Part shown: piece by piece, positions 51,401 through 64,000 of the stretch
Position numbering within the stretch: position 1 is the first letter of the stretch
How the letters are laid out: each line of letters starts with the position of its first letter
Assembly (NCBI RefSeq): GCF_964355755.1
Contig: NC_092677.1
Span: 2,440,101-2,504,100, forward strand
Length of the DNA stretch: 64,000 nt
From: Antedon mediterranea
Taxonomy: Eukaryota; Animalia; Echinodermata
Direction: 5' to 3'
Program-made: the position numbers and the translations under genes
The notes under the pieces: model-generated
Databases searched by the model: none
Told to the model about the DNA's origin: nothing
What the model saw: only the letters and a program-made list of their open reading frames with translations

Positions 51401-54400
51401 TAATCTCATAATCATTGTCATCATAATCTCATAATCATTGTCATCATCATAATCTCATAATCATTGTCATCATCATAATCTCATAATTATTGTATCATCA
51501 ATACCATGTTAATGTCATATCATAATCATAATAATTATTCATTTTACTAACTTTATTTGAAATCATATCAGCTAAAACACTAGCAATATAACCTAAAAAA
51601 ATCCTCATGACTAATCCGTTTCTATGGTTACGTACAACAATACTCAGCATCATGATATATGTGTGAGTGTCGGATTCACCATTAGTCGTCTTAATTACAA
51701 CATTTTGTGTCATTTTTAATGTCATCGAGTGCTCTACCAATAGTTAGATCAAGTTCCAGAATCATCAGCAAGCTGTACGATTGGGACATGTCATTTCCTT
51801 TTTAGTGTAACTCGGTTGGTGGATCCTCAACCAGTTCAATTGAGTCACAACAGAGGAGCTGTAGCACTGAGTGAATGATGACTGTTGCACGCCATGTGAC
51901 CCACAATTGTCCAATCAAATGACAGGAATATATTTAGGTGTTATATACTATTTTATAACAGCAGCACCTCGAAGTGGATACCCCAATAATTCCCAATGTG
52001 CTCTAATAGCATTTTGACCACTACAGTATATTGGATCCAAGATGGTGAATAATGTGTCAAATGTCATAATCTTCCCAGTAGTTACAATTCCAGTCATCTT
52101 GATATCCCATGTGTATGGATGGTGCAGATAGGAAAATTTAAACAATCATACTACATACTCTCTCTTATATTTATAAATATTATAACTCATGGTGACCTCA
52201 TACTGTCATAACTCATGAAATCTTTCAAGAATATTATAAACCAAGTGAGGTTTTTGATGAACTACATTTTATGACTTTACTGATCAATTTTATCTGTTGA
52301 TATCAATATTGTTATATGATCAGAACATGTATTATAAATAGGTATTGGCTTTAAAAACGATAGAATTCACGTAAACTGAATCCAAACGAAACTAGGCAAC
52401 AGTAGGAATCATCAAATAAAACCAAACTGCTGAACAGAGTGCGAGGTCACATGTCACATGTCACATGTCACAACGAATAAACTTCACGTGAAGCAATACA
52501 GGCTTCTGAAATTGAAAGAGCTTTAATGGCCAATAAAGGTTGTTAGTTGGCTGTCAATATTGGACTTAACAGTTGCATAATTGCTGAATACAGGCACGAA
52601 CGCACAGTATTATTAGAAGATTATAAAAAAAACGTAGCCAACAATCCGCAATGAACAAAATTAATAAAATCCTAAAGGTTTCCTCAGAATATTGAGGTAC
52701 CAAATGAATTTCCCCCCCCCCCCCCCCGAGTTTTGGAATAAAGTTTTATTGCATTGTATTGTTTATATAAACAGAAAGGTATTTTATATTACATTTAAGT
52801 TTAGATAAAAAAAAAAGGATTGAAAAGACGCGTTTTAGTCCTCATGCATACATCGACAGAATACCTAAACGGCCGCAGATATTAATTTCAATTCGAATAT
52901 AAAATGGCTAAAAAATGATTAGTAATATCAAGTAATTTGAAACATCTGCTCCAATAAAATGACAATTTCCCCGACTTGATTTACAAAATCTTACGTGGTC
53001 TGCATAATTGCGACGATTCATTTTCTCTAGTTGTTAACTCAGGAATCTGCGTGACTATTTATTATTATTTATTGCTCGTAAACACAAATTCAAATTTGTA
53101 CATATCGTTGAAACTTAATGCGCTGTACTGTAGTGAGTCTCATTCTAGCCTAGTTTAATGATATGTAGGTTATTATAAACATTTTGTACTAACTTTACAT
53201 ACAACTTAATTTCTCGTATTAGAAACTACTTATAAAACAAACAATTACACACAAAATACAAGGGCAGCAAGCCATCCCTAAAAAAATAACAAATTAAAAA
53301 ATATTTGAAATTTAAGTTACACTTGACAGAGAAACTTATGCCTAAAACATCAATGCTTAATTACTGTAATAGTAAAGCATACTGTGCGAGATATTATTAT
53401 GTAAAACAAAAGAAAAAGTTTGAGATTACTTGATATATTGTTATCATCTATCGCACAGATAACTTGATATATCGCTAGAAAACACTGTAGCACAATGTAT
53501 TATGGGAAGGAATTGGGGAAAACAACAAAAATCAATAGCGAATTAATCAAGCCCTTTCATCTATTTAAAAATGGAAATTATAGTATCTACTTAAATCTAA
53601 ATTAAATAACACAATAAATAAATATGTTAATCATTTCCATTTGAAATATGCAATAGCTAATGCAATGTTTTCTTAACACAAAACCTGCACTTAATCCAAA
53701 GATCAAGCCTAATCCATTATGATAATCCCTTTAATCTTGTATCACTTGTTCAGCTCAATATGGCTGCATACACAGGACATTGGATTTAGGAGCTTCAACA
53801 ACATAACAGACCAGTTGTTGAAAGGATAATTCAGTAGAATTCATAAAATATTTTATGGTCAACTTTTCCTCATTCAGTTATATACCGACAAAATAAAACG
53901 GTGAGTGGTCGAGCGGTTAAGACAGAGTGGAACCGTAATACATAGCCTCATGGCAAAAGAAGCTAGTTCAAGCTCACAAGCTCCATGGTTCTTTCGAGTC
54001 TTCTCGAATAAGGACTATAAACCGTAGGTCCAGTGTACACAAAATGCTCATGTGCACTTTAAAGAACCTAGTAATATATCTTTTATTCTTCTACCTTTTG
54101 TACAGTATTTGGATCAGGGTTGTTAAGTCCCTCCACCTGGATTCCCGCTATTTGTAAGTTATGCATAAATGATTATTCATCCTCTATCAAGCACAATGTC
54201 AATCTGTTTCATGTAGCAAGCATATCAGACATTTTTTTGTTTCAATATGTCGGTATCTGTATTTTAATTATAGAACTTAAAAACATTTATGTCACAACAT
54301 CCGGAATTTAAAACGATAGAACATGAAAACATAAAATTCAAAACATTTTTTTCAATACTTTCATTTTTTCTTTTCAAGAGATTTCAATCTAAAGGCAAAG

Positions 54401-57400
54401 GATTATATCCCCATCAAAAGGGTACTACAAATAAATTTCATTTGATTAATATTATTATAAGAATCTAGCTACAACAGTATACCACATTGTATACATTTAC
54501 ATCTTTATCTTATTTTTTTACATCTTTATCTTATTTCTACTAACAACAACATGATTCAGATTTCTACGAAACGTCTTGACATTTTCTAATGGATCAATAA
54601 GGACACCTTGGAATTGTATGGGGGACTATTACGTTGTGCGTCCACGTCAAGATGCTATCACATCCTGTTCAACAGGACGATATTGACAATATAATTATGA
54701 TAAGTTAATTAGTAATCATGGAAATAAGCCAATCAGGGAGTGACTCAAATGCAGATGACTTAAGTGTAAGCAAGTATAAGTAATTAAAAAGCAATAGGAT
54801 TAATTTAGTAATAACATTGGGAAATATTAAATAAAATATGAATATATTGATGAATATTTAAATGCTATAATCAATATGTATTAGTCTTAAATAATAATAA
54901 TGCTGCAACACTGGTTCAATCACAGTTGATAAAATATATAAACAAAAACCTAAATACAAATCTGAATACCATTAACATAATTATTACCACAGCTTAATCC
55001 TATGATAATAACATAATCATTACCACAGCTTAATCCTATGATAATAACATAATTATTACCACAGCTTAATCCTATGATAATAACATAATTATTATACAGT
55101 TATATGATTGCGATAACATATCACATTATGTTTTGGTGGTAGTATGGATTCAAAAATTATAATTTTTAGCATTAAATGCTGCTAATGATAACGAGATAAA
55201 GCAACAAAACATGTACCATTATGAATCCCTGGGATTAAAAAAAAAGTTTTAACATGGTAAATTTTGGAAAGTAGCATCTAGGGTCTAACTAACACAGGAA
55301 GTCACAATTACATCAATAAAAACAATGCAATTATGATCATAAATTTTGTCAAGGCTCTAAAAAAAAACAAATTGTACCAAGGCCTTTGGTTTATCAACTT
55401 TTGCTCTCAACATTTATAGTTTTTCTGCTTTTGACTAGAATTGTTACAAAAATCATGACATGAAGAAGGCCAAGACAAGTGGAAGATGAAATATTTTGAT
55501 AATTATTTAAAAAAATAATTTAACATTAATTAGTATTTCAACTTAATTTAAATTTATTTGCATTTAGTTTAATAGTATTTGTATTATTTAGTTTTAAAAA
55601 ATTATTCTATTTTTTTTATCATTGTTTTGTTAATGTTGGCAATAAAAGCAGTTTATTTGTTAGTGCTTGCTATGAGCAGAAATTTGTGAAATATATATTA
55701 TTATTTTTATGCCTTTTTTAAGTTAAATAATTTACGTTTTTAGTGGATCTATATTTATCTATCATAGTATTTTTTTAACAATGGCTTTATTGTGCTACAG
55801 TACGTGCCATTGTAGTAATATTATCAAGGCTAAAACGTTATATAATGTTTTTTCATTTTTAAAGAAAAGAACAATTCAATACAATTTTCCAAGGACAACC
55901 AATCAATATTAATTACAGCATAGCTACTGTCATGACAGGAAAATGTTTTTTTTTTTAAACTTCTAACCACAAAACAACAATTACGAGTTTAACTTTTTAA
56001 TTAATCTTGACATGTTTTTATGAAAAATGTTTAAGAGCATTTAGTTTTGTTCAACAAATGGTGATTGTTTTAAAACAAAAAAGTAATTATCACCATTTTT
56101 AAATTAATTTTTACACATTATCATGATTACTTCTTTTACTTCCTTCCATCAATAGACAGATGAAGGTAAATCACTATATTACTATGAACAGTTGTTCCTA
56201 CAGTTTGTAATTATATAATTAGTCTTTGTTAATTAAATGTGTCATATTTGATGACGACCTCAATACTTCCAGTAATCTAAAGCTCTGTTTACACTATCAA
56301 ACTACTTTGATAAAAAAGTATGATGTGCCTAAATATGGTAGTGGCATGCACAAATATGGTAGTGATATGATAAGAATGTTAAGAAAAAGTACATTTTCAT
56401 AGCAATTTTTAACATTGCGAGCAAACTTTACGATCTTTTAATGCAATATATTGGGCATTGACACATTCATGGAACTCTATGAAAATGTATTCCTTTCCGT
56501 AACTTTTTGATTTAAAAAAGAATCACAAAGTCACAATTGCATTTATTCTTCTCACAGCTCTGCTACAGTTCACCGTGCAAGCCTAATATAATAGGAAACC
56601 TGGCAATATCTGACCTTACAGTAGCATTATGCAGTTCTTCATTTAATTTTTACACACCGGTAGTTAAGTATTCCGTACAGAGTCACGCATTATTTAAGTT
56701 CATTATAGCATGAAAGTCTTGTTTTGACAGCTCTCTATATATATTCACTATATCTTATAGCCCTCATGTCCTTAATCATTAAATTGCTAATTAAGGTCTG
56801 GTTTGTAGCAGACTACCAATAACCATGTTTAAAATTTACAAGAATTATGCTAGTTTGCCTATCCTGTATATTGGTAAATGTTCTAATTCTAATAATATAT
56901 ATTCAGATTTCTTGGCATTTTGAGGGTAGATATCAAACAAATTAATAGAGAGCTTTCAAATTTATAATGACTTATCATATTGAGCTATGCGCATACGCTT
57001 GGTTTAGCAATTTTGATGTTTTTGAAACCAATTTGGCCGATTATAGGTCCAGGTGATGATATAGATTATGTTATTCGGTTATATCACCAACCTGCATGTT
57101 TGAACCTTTTTTTTAACCATACAATTGAGAAAAATTTTAATCACTTTTACAGGGCTCGATGACATAATTTACATAACTCCTAGGTCTGAGTTCATCGCGG
57201 ATTGAATGCTCCATATCTATTCAATATCTCCCTAACCTCAAAACTAATCCCTAACCCTAGCCAAGATAATCATGTTATGATAACCTCACACTAATCCCAG
57301 TGTCCAGGCTAGCTAATAGCAAGTTAATGCTAAATATAAATCTAAAATATCCTTCCTGCATCTTACAGCGAGGTTCAAGACGACAGCCCCCAGGCCCAGC

Positions 57401-60400
57401 TGATCAATATTGCTAAATATAGATATGACTATCTTTCCTGTAGAGTAGCCTACAGTTATCATATGCAATCAGGACAGATACGACAGCTGAGGCTCATGTC
57501 TTTTAATAAAGAGAATAATACTACATCCTATTGGCCTACTGACTGGTGCATGGTACGCAGGCCCTAAGACCAAACGGAATGGGAAAGCCTGCCCACTCCA
57601 TTTTCTTTCCTTCCTTCGGCCGTTGACACTTGTGTAGCCAAAAATAAAATGTAGACTATGAAACAGATTCATATGGTCAACATGTCAACTACAGTATGGT
57701 CTGTAGCCTTCGATGGACACATCATGGTCCAGCATGAAGGAATGTAGTTACTGGTCAATCACCATGGTCACAGTGCCATCATTTAGTAAAGTAATCTGGT
57801 TCTTCAAGCTGTTAAGTGGACACTTCATGGTCCAGCAAAGGCCTGTAGTTACTGATCAATCACCATGGTCACAGTGCCATCAAAACCTCATGGTATATAC
57901 TCCGCCATTCTTCAAGCTGTTGAGTGGACACTTCATGGTCGGTGCAACAACTGGCACTGACTGTTACTAAAGGCTGTTGGGTAATGGTTGCTAGGTTGAT
58001 AAAACAGATGATATAATTCTAAACAATTATTTGGATGTTTTCAGTTTTTTAATTTAAATGCTATTAGCCCTGATAACATTACCACAGACATTAAAAGCAA
58101 TATCCATATGTTTCAATGACAACATCATATTACTATTTAATCAAAACCAAAAAAATGAAACTGAAAAAAAATTAATTTGATTTGAAACAGTAATAAAGAC
58201 CATTTCCTCTTGAACTACAAGTTTAACATTTTTAGTTTTAACAAAAAATAATAGTTTTATTTATCATCAAACACTATATTTTTGATAGGAATAAATGAAT
58301 AATTCAATGTTTGTTTTAATTAGATTAAATCTATAACCCTCAGTACTAGCTACTGAGACAAAAGGCCAGGTTTGTACGTGTAGGCCTGTAACAGTACACT
58401 GTATAGCAAAACATGTGCAACCATATTTTCTAAAAATAATAATTTTCCGACACCATACAAAGCGAAATAGAACAAGTATTATATGTTGACAGATTCCAGT
58501 ATTGCATTACCTATCCCTAAAGGGGTGCTTTAGAAACATACAACGAGATGTCTTGTGAACGCTTAGCTCCCTCCGGCTATGCCACTGAGCTCACAGCACT
58601 GGTAATGTCTTGTGTATACTTGGCTCCCTCTGGCTACGGCACTGAGCTCACACCACTGAGCTCAACACCACTGAGCTCAACACCACTGGGAAATTACTTG
58701 TACAATATGTATGTTTGATCTAAACAACATCTACAAGTCTTCGTAATCTTACAGCACACTTTATATTCTACTATGATAGGATATGACTGTGCAAAAGGTC
58801 TATCCCAACTTACAAACAAGTTCCACGTGTACAATGTGTCATGTAAAATATCAATATAAATAATAAAGATAGTAGATTTATATAATAAATAAAATAAATA
58901 ATATACCACCCAAAAAATTTAATATAAACAATATTTTAGAAATAGAATGTTTGTCTTCTAGACTGATTAATTTAAATATTCAGTGAAGATCTTTTGTGGC
59001 TTTAAATTTTAATATGTCTTTAACATTTTTATGCTGAACCAAAGTCTGCATTTTAAACTTACTTAAACTTACTTTAATCATTTTATCAGTGTCTCAGACA
59101 CAAATTATATACGTTTACCGTACTTCATAACATTTATTTTTGCTTCCTCTATTCAAATTATCAATCATACCTTGCAAGCAAATCACTCTGAAACTTTCCT
59201 CTTCCCTACTTTCATTAAATCATAATAATTTAAATACATCACCTCTCTGCTTTTAAGTATGCCCTAAGGAACAAGGATCTGTTAAACTTAATGATAAAGA
59301 AATGTATGTACATCATGGACTCCTTGATGACTAACTTTTACTAAGATTGAACTTAAGCTATAATGGTTGACTAATGGGGGGGGGGGGGGGGGAAGGAGCA
59401 AAGTAGGGGATAAAACGTGTGTACTCCATAGATTGTAAAACAAGTTATTTTTTATAATGGTGTCATGAGGATGTTTACCTTTCAAAATGTAATTTTAGTA
59501 AACTTCTGAACCAAAGTAAAAAAAAATGCAACTAGTTAACAAGCAACAAGTGTGTCATATTATAAATACCATCTACAGTCGTACAGTAGAGCTTTCTTGA
59601 TAACAATTTCAATGGACTGAAGGTTGATATTTAAACAATCGATATATTCAATACATAGTGTATTTGCATTGAAATGCCTGTCATAGGTTGAACACAAATG
59701 CTATTAGAAAGTGTATAGGCCTCTATTTCTGGAAATCACATTGTTGCGAGTGGCCTAGTGGTTAAGACAGTGGAACCATAACCAATAGCCATAGCCATAA
59801 TATCGGCAGGGGTTTGAGACTCACTCACTCCATGCTTCTGGTTGTAGAATGAGTCTTCTCAGATAATGACTATGAACCAGAGGTCCAGTATAAAGCTGTC
59901 TACACTATCTAAAACTTCATGTGTAAATATTATACAGATATTGACTGTTTAGAGGTTAAATATAAGATTTGAAATCCCCGAGGGAATGATATTAAGTTCG
60001 AGAGAATATATATTTCCCGAAGCGCCAGCTGAGGGAAATATATATTCCCCGAGAACTTAATATCATTCCCGAGGGGATGTCAAATCTTATATTTTACCGA
60101 TATAAAAGGCAATATCTGTTATATTATATAGCCAAGAACAAGTCTGCTGGGTTGGGTGAAGCTAGGCTAGGCCTCCTATACTAGCCTAGTATTTGTATTG
60201 TATTTAAACAAGCCTGCCTAGACACCTTACCTTGCGAAGAATAATATACAGATAATTACTAATTAATGATTCCTTGGCAATAAAATATTCACTTAGGCCT
60301 AGGTCGTTTAAATTAACAGGAGAATTTCCATCAATAAGCCTATTAATAAAAATATTATAATCAGGTAAGCCGAATAAACAATTCGTCTTCTTCTCTCTTC

Positions 60401-63400
60401 GAGGAGCCGAATCGCCGGATGTTCAGCGCGTACTAGTTACTAGGTTACTACCGTGAGTATTGACCAATCACAAACTGTGTTTCATCACATTTAGGGTGGG
60501 CTAGTAACAAATGAGGGCACTATGTATGCATAGTTTAAATAGTTTAGAAGATTAATTTCTTCAAGCAACTTCCGTGGCGCAGCGGTTGAAGCGTTGTCTT
60601 GCAATGGAGTGACAATTCCACCAGAGTTCAAGATCGAGTAGATGACTTTTGTTTATTTTACACAGTCAATATCATCAAACTCGAGAATGTTTATGTTTAA
60701 TGACAGGGGACACGATAATTACGCGAAAATTACACAGTCAATATCATCGTTCTCGAGGATATATAAGATTTACGATCCTCGCAGCGGTAGTCATGTGATG
60801 CAGTTTCAACCAATCACGTTCGCGTATTTACATAGGCTATGTAATATATGCATATATGGACATGATGATGTCATATCACTACCATATTTAAGAATATCAT
60901 TCTCACTACCATGGGTAGCCAAACTAGTTTGATAGTGTAGACAGAGCTTTAACAACCATCTTTCACGATGAGTAGACAGTCAAAAGTTTAGAATGGCAGC
61001 ACTGACATTAGCTTAGGGAGAAACATGTTAGTCCACAGGGACATGACCTATGACCCATGGAATAGCGCTATGTACAAATCATAATAGAGAATTTTATTGT
61101 GAAGAGATTGACAGTGTGTCTAAAATAGAACCATAGAATACAAATCAGTCAATCATGCAAGACCAGGATTTAATTGTCAGCAGTCAATTAAATTATTCTA
61201 ATAATCATATATGTGTTATTATTATTACAAATCCAAAGGCAAATTACTGAAAAAATTACAATGCTGTGGGTATCAGTGGCTGGATCTCAATGGAGATACA
61301 AATAAAATAAGCACTGAAAAAATGATAATTCTGTAGGTATCAGTGCTGGATCTCAATGGAGATACAAAATAAAATAAGCAAAAAGCTAAATCAAATTTTG
61401 AAAGTAAAACAGCCAGAAAAATAAGCAGAGCTTTCGGGCAACATTAGCCCTTTATCACAGCTGTGATTATTATTATTATTACCATATATAATTATTAAAT
61501 GCAATGTCATATGATTTGTAAATTGTAAATACTCAATGAATCATTTCAAATTAACCTATTTTTAATTAAATATCTTAATTTATCAATCTCACAGTGACTT
61601 GATATATTTACTAACAGTACGTTTATAACAAAATCATAAATATCCAAACTTGAAAATTGAATCCAGTTTGAAGTGTTAAACAGAAATGATAATGCAAGTT
61701 TTTTTCAAGTATTCTGAAGAATCAATTAAAATTCCACTTGAAAAAGAAAAATATTCCAACCAACTAAAAAAAGACAGAAAGTATACCATAATTAAAAATT
61801 AAAGTAGATTTTAAAAATATTGCCCATTTTGTATCTCGTTCTATTATTATTTGTATAATGCTTTATTTTGATCTTGGAATGAAAATGTCGAGAAAACAAT
61901 AAATGAACACAGCTATAAACAGAAAATGAAAAAAAAAATTACTGAAAAAAACATTTTATATTTATACCATGTTAATTTTCAAGAGTACACATTTCTAGGA
62001 TATTACAGAATTTCAATTTTATTCAATTTATTCTGTTTAAACTATGGTATTATCATTAAAATATCCACTCTATTCAATTTATTTCAATTTATTCCGTTTC
62101 AACTAGAGCATTATCATGTTTATTGTCTGATTTTAATATCTAGAGACTGAACAACAATTTACTACTAAATATAAGAAACACTACACATTTTGTATTCTCA
62201 GCGAGCCTGTTTCTTTTAGTTCAACGAAACATAAAATCTGAAAAATATGCATTATAGTCGATTAATCTAGAAGAAATCTGAGATAAGACACTCTAATTTG
62301 AACAACGATCATAACCATATGTCATTTACTATGAAGAGCACTAAGGCGGTGTACATTAACATTTTGTGAAATGATGTAAAACAAAAATGGTTGTAAAAAT
62401 CTACAATTGCGCACGGTCACAGACTTGCTAATTCAACTGTAATTTAATTTAAAGAAATATATTCCAAAATGGTCTCAGTTCTTTCTGATTCTAACTGTAA
62501 TTTAATTTAAAGAAATACCTTATATGAATGTTGAAATTATAAATATAAATACATGTATTGAATCTGGATAGCATATTCAGTATTTTGTTGGCACTACTCA
62601 CTTTAGAATCAGTGGCACACATCTTTCGATAGTGCGTCCATACAAATATAAACAACACAACATAAAAAGTAAATGATATACATGATTTTCAGGTAAACAT
62701 GACAATCATCATGATCAAATTGAAAAAAAACAAAAAAAAAACAAAAGAAACAAACCCACATACAAACAATTAATAATTTAAAAAAAAAAAATATTACATA
62801 TATAAAGCTTTTTCTACCTATAAAGTTTACTCTTAAAATTGATTCACATCACAGCCTCAATTGGGGGGGGGGGGGAGGGGGTTGTTGTTAAAATAGGAAG
62901 GAATGGTAGTTTACATCATCTTTCTCCTCTCTGTGCTCTTAAATCTGAAGCCCCATCATCCTTTATCATTATCCTTTCAATACATTTTCTCTTTGTACCA
63001 ACAGAAGCCAGTAATTTGAACAATCAGCTATGATGTCCAATTTGCATAATAAATGAACTGTTTACAATGCACTACTAATGAACCAGCTCATAATTGATTG
63101 GTACGATGACAACAGAATTAAGCTGTGTGGACGGGTGTGAAATTAACTACGAATACTTTGTTATTAGATTATAATGTTTGCAAAACAGATAAGTTGTGTT
63201 AAAAATAATAAGGTCCTTTCACACTGTTCAAACATTATATTTCCATGGATATTAAAATGGAAGCAAGGTTGGCACAAAAAAAACCCAATTGAATCAAATA
63301 TTAATGAATATGATATTATACAGTTTTATATGAATACGATCTGGCAATTAGACAGAGTTCCTTTCTTCCATATCTTCATTCTGAAATTGGACATAATCAA

Positions 63401-63698
63401 CAAACGCACGACGCGACTGAGTTGACTTCATTTTTATGAAAAATAATCAAAACCTTTTGAGAATTATGAATTTAGAAATCTCAAGTCTAGTTTTTTAATC
63501 AGACGATTTTACTTGAAATAGGATATTTACCTTACGACAATAATTTAGAATATCATCGTGATGAGAGATGCATCCAGACTGCCGGTTCCTATCTGGTACC
63601 CAATCACCCGTAGCCACATCTACGTGCATATTTACATTACCACAGCTCATTGCAATTCGTGGCTCAATTCGTTTTGCATCATTTAATGAAAATGAAAC
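39200..63698 (-). CDS. APP: Amyloid precursor protein family member (APP/APL-1/APPL-like); 9 coding exons in window, exon 1 outside
   Basis: The in-frame spliced product has E1-GFLD (EPRIAMSCG...W..D, ILNYCRK, ITNWC), CuBD (DALMVP..C.F.H...LHDYGMLQPC...FSGVEFVCCP), E2 (DPYF...EHEQFIEA..., HREHILNHYQHL), a TM helix and cytoplasmic GYENPTYKYFE. Confidence 0.95.
39781..39910. mobile_element. MITE family A copy (reverse orientation)
   Basis: CTCTGTCTACACTATCAAA...TTTGATAGTGTAGACAGAGCT. Confidence 0.75.
40052..40161 (-). CDS. APP: APP-family exon (juxtamembrane, 110 nt)
   Basis: TCACAG|IKKLPGKTIIKEFQ...APAFHDTT|GTAATT; restores the frame to the last exon. Confidence 0.82.
40927..41001 (+). pseudogene. 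5'-truncated, diverged 5S rRNA-derived sequence (pseudogene or SINE3 head) in an APP intron
   Basis: GATCACTGAAATTAAGCAACGTTGGGCCCGGTTAGAGCATGGATGGGAGACCATCTGGAAGTATTAGGTGCTGTA aligns to metazoan 5S rRNA positions of about 40-115, including A-box and C-box. Confidence 0.75.
41302..41514 (-). CDS. APP: APP-family exon (juxtamembrane linker, 213 nt)
   Basis: ATTTAG|SLVRDDTEH...KPLKTQ+T|GTAAGT; phase-compatible on both sides. Confidence 0.85.
41612..41840 (-). CDS. APP: APP-family exon (E2 C-part, 229 nt)
   Basis: TCGCAG|SDAVLQTLQRFVKAIKKHREHILNHYQHLQDVDP...KGDI+G|GTATGG. Confidence 0.93.
42211..42369 (-). CDS. APP: APP-family exon (E2, 159 nt)
   Basis: TGCCAG|QFQKTVNALEVEAESERKGLRTVHEDRV...KTPK|GTATAA. 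Confidence 0.93.
42505..42631. repeat. 16-bp tandem repeat (AACTCGCAACTAATTC), about 8 copies
   Basis: Directly visible; it abuts an APP splice donor. Confidence 0.85.
42632..42867 (-). CDS. APP: APP-family exon (E2 N-part, 236 nt)
   Basis: TTTTAG|VTVTTKQAITKDPYFQ...EHEQFIEARE...KVMKDW...SMRE|GTTAGT. Confidence 0.93.
44060..44358. repeat. 22-bp minisatellite (CATTATGTTGGTTCACGTTGTA), about 13 copies
   Basis: Near-perfect tandem array; it explains the three overlapping repetitive ORFs. Confidence 0.92.
45541..45688. mobile_element. MITE family A copy
   Basis: TAA-AGCTCTGTCTACACTATCAAA...TTTGATAGTGAGACAGAATT-TAA. Confidence 0.75.
46148..46705. repeat. About 20-bp minisatellite (GACTTCAGGTCACT core) with a 178-bp higher-order duplication
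   Basis: The block starting at 46281 recurs at 46459. Confidence 0.85.
47556..47816 (-). CDS. APP: APP-family exon 4 (copper-binding domain plus linker, 261 nt)
   Basis: TTTCAG|GEFISDALMVPQECRF...GVEFVCCPPP...ESSP+G|GTGTGT. Confidence 0.93.
48248..48377 (-). CDS. APP: APP-family exon 3 (E1 GFLD, 130 nt)
   Basis: TTACAG|MYGNMGSIKYFVEANKEETITNWC...HTVVPIRCL+G|GTAAGG. Confidence 0.94.
51385..51500. repeat. 23-26-bp tandem repeat (CATCATAATCTCATAATCATTGT), about 4 copies
   Basis: Directly visible. Confidence 0.8.
53900..54075 (+). mobile_element. tRNA-derived SINE with a Nin(Deu)-domain-like core
   Basis: A-box TGGTCGAGCGG, B-box-like AGTTCAAGC, then GTCTTCTCGAATAAGGACTATAAACCGTAGGTCC...GCACTTTAAAGAACC, resembling the Nin domain as I recall it. 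Confidence 0.6.
54974..55094. repeat. 36-bp tandem repeat (AACATAATTATTACCACAGCTTAATCCTATGATAAT), 3.3 copies
   Basis: Directly visible. Confidence 0.85.
56278..56372. mobile_element. MITE family A, truncated copy
   Basis: TAA-AGCTCTGTTTACACTATCAAAC plus internal AAATATGGTAGTG repeats; no second TIR. Confidence 0.65.
57713..57940. repeat. Local duplication of about 105 bp (GGACAC..CATGGTCCAGCA...TCAATCACCATGGTCACAGTGCCATC)
   Basis: Two and a bit imperfect copies. Confidence 0.7.
59745..59890 (+). mobile_element. tRNA/Nin-like SINE copy, interrupted at its 3' side by a MITE
   Basis: GAGTGGCCTAGTGGTTAAGACAGTGGAACC...GAGTCTTCTCAGATAATGACTATGAACCAGAGGTCCAGT matches the 53.9 kb copy. Confidence 0.6.
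59891..60951. mobile_element. MITE family A split by an approximately 920-bp palindrome-headed element (59926-60847)
   Basis: Left TIR at 59894; right half at 60850-60951. The insert has a hairpin with arms of about 85 bp (59934-60119) and a terminal TTACATAG-G-CTATGTAA hairpin. Confidence 0.7.
61263..61380. repeat. Duplication of about 50 bp (CTGT.GGTATCAGTG-CTGGATCTCAATGGAGATACAAA-TAAAATAAGCA)
   Basis: Two copies about 67 bp apart. Confidence 0.75.
63531..63698 (-). CDS. APP: APP-family exon 2 (E1 GFLD, 168 nt)
   Basis: TTTTAG|VSFSLNDAKRIEPRIAMSCGNVNMHVDVATGDWVPD...ILNYCRK|GTAAAT. Confidence 0.93.
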
Positions 63699-64000
63699 CT
63701 AAAAGAAAATATTAAAATGACTGTTTTTACCATTTTGACATTAAAAGAAATTTGAAATGCCAATGCCAATACTCTCCTTTTTTAAGTGACTATATTCTGG
63801 GATTGTATAGTTGTATTGAATTATTCTACAGGTAACGATAAAAAAAAATTAATAAAATTCGTAATTTAAATGGTTTGGATTTTTACTCAACAACGAATTT
63901 ACCAATAAACAAATTATGTATTCATTATTTGGCATTACGTATCAGAATCATCCCCTTGACATATTTGAGATGATCCCTTAATTTCTTATCAAGACTAATT

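Overview
AT-rich eukaryotic genomic DNA with GT-AG introns, most likely an invertebrate deuterostome such as an echinoderm (inferred from protein similarity and repeat types). There are two convergent intron-containing genes. The first is a complete BBS2 (BBSome subunit) on the + strand: 17 coding exons, 24893-33109, about 719 aa. The second is an amyloid precursor protein family gene (APP/APL) on the - strand: 9 coding exons from 63698 to 39200, with the signal-peptide exon beyond the right edge. Positions 1-5.6 kb are a nest of non-autonomous Helentron/DINE-1-like rolling-circle elements. Positions 5.6-24 kb appear non-coding and CpG-rich, with a strong excess of the palindrome TAGGCCTA and a cluster of CRE/MEF2-like sites. 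Introns carry Harbinger-like MITEs, tRNA/Nin-domain SINEs, a 5S-rRNA-derived element and minisatellites. Most ORFs in the supplied track are spurious or exon read-throughs. I could not support a wholly novel multi-gene system; the best leads are listed as findings.
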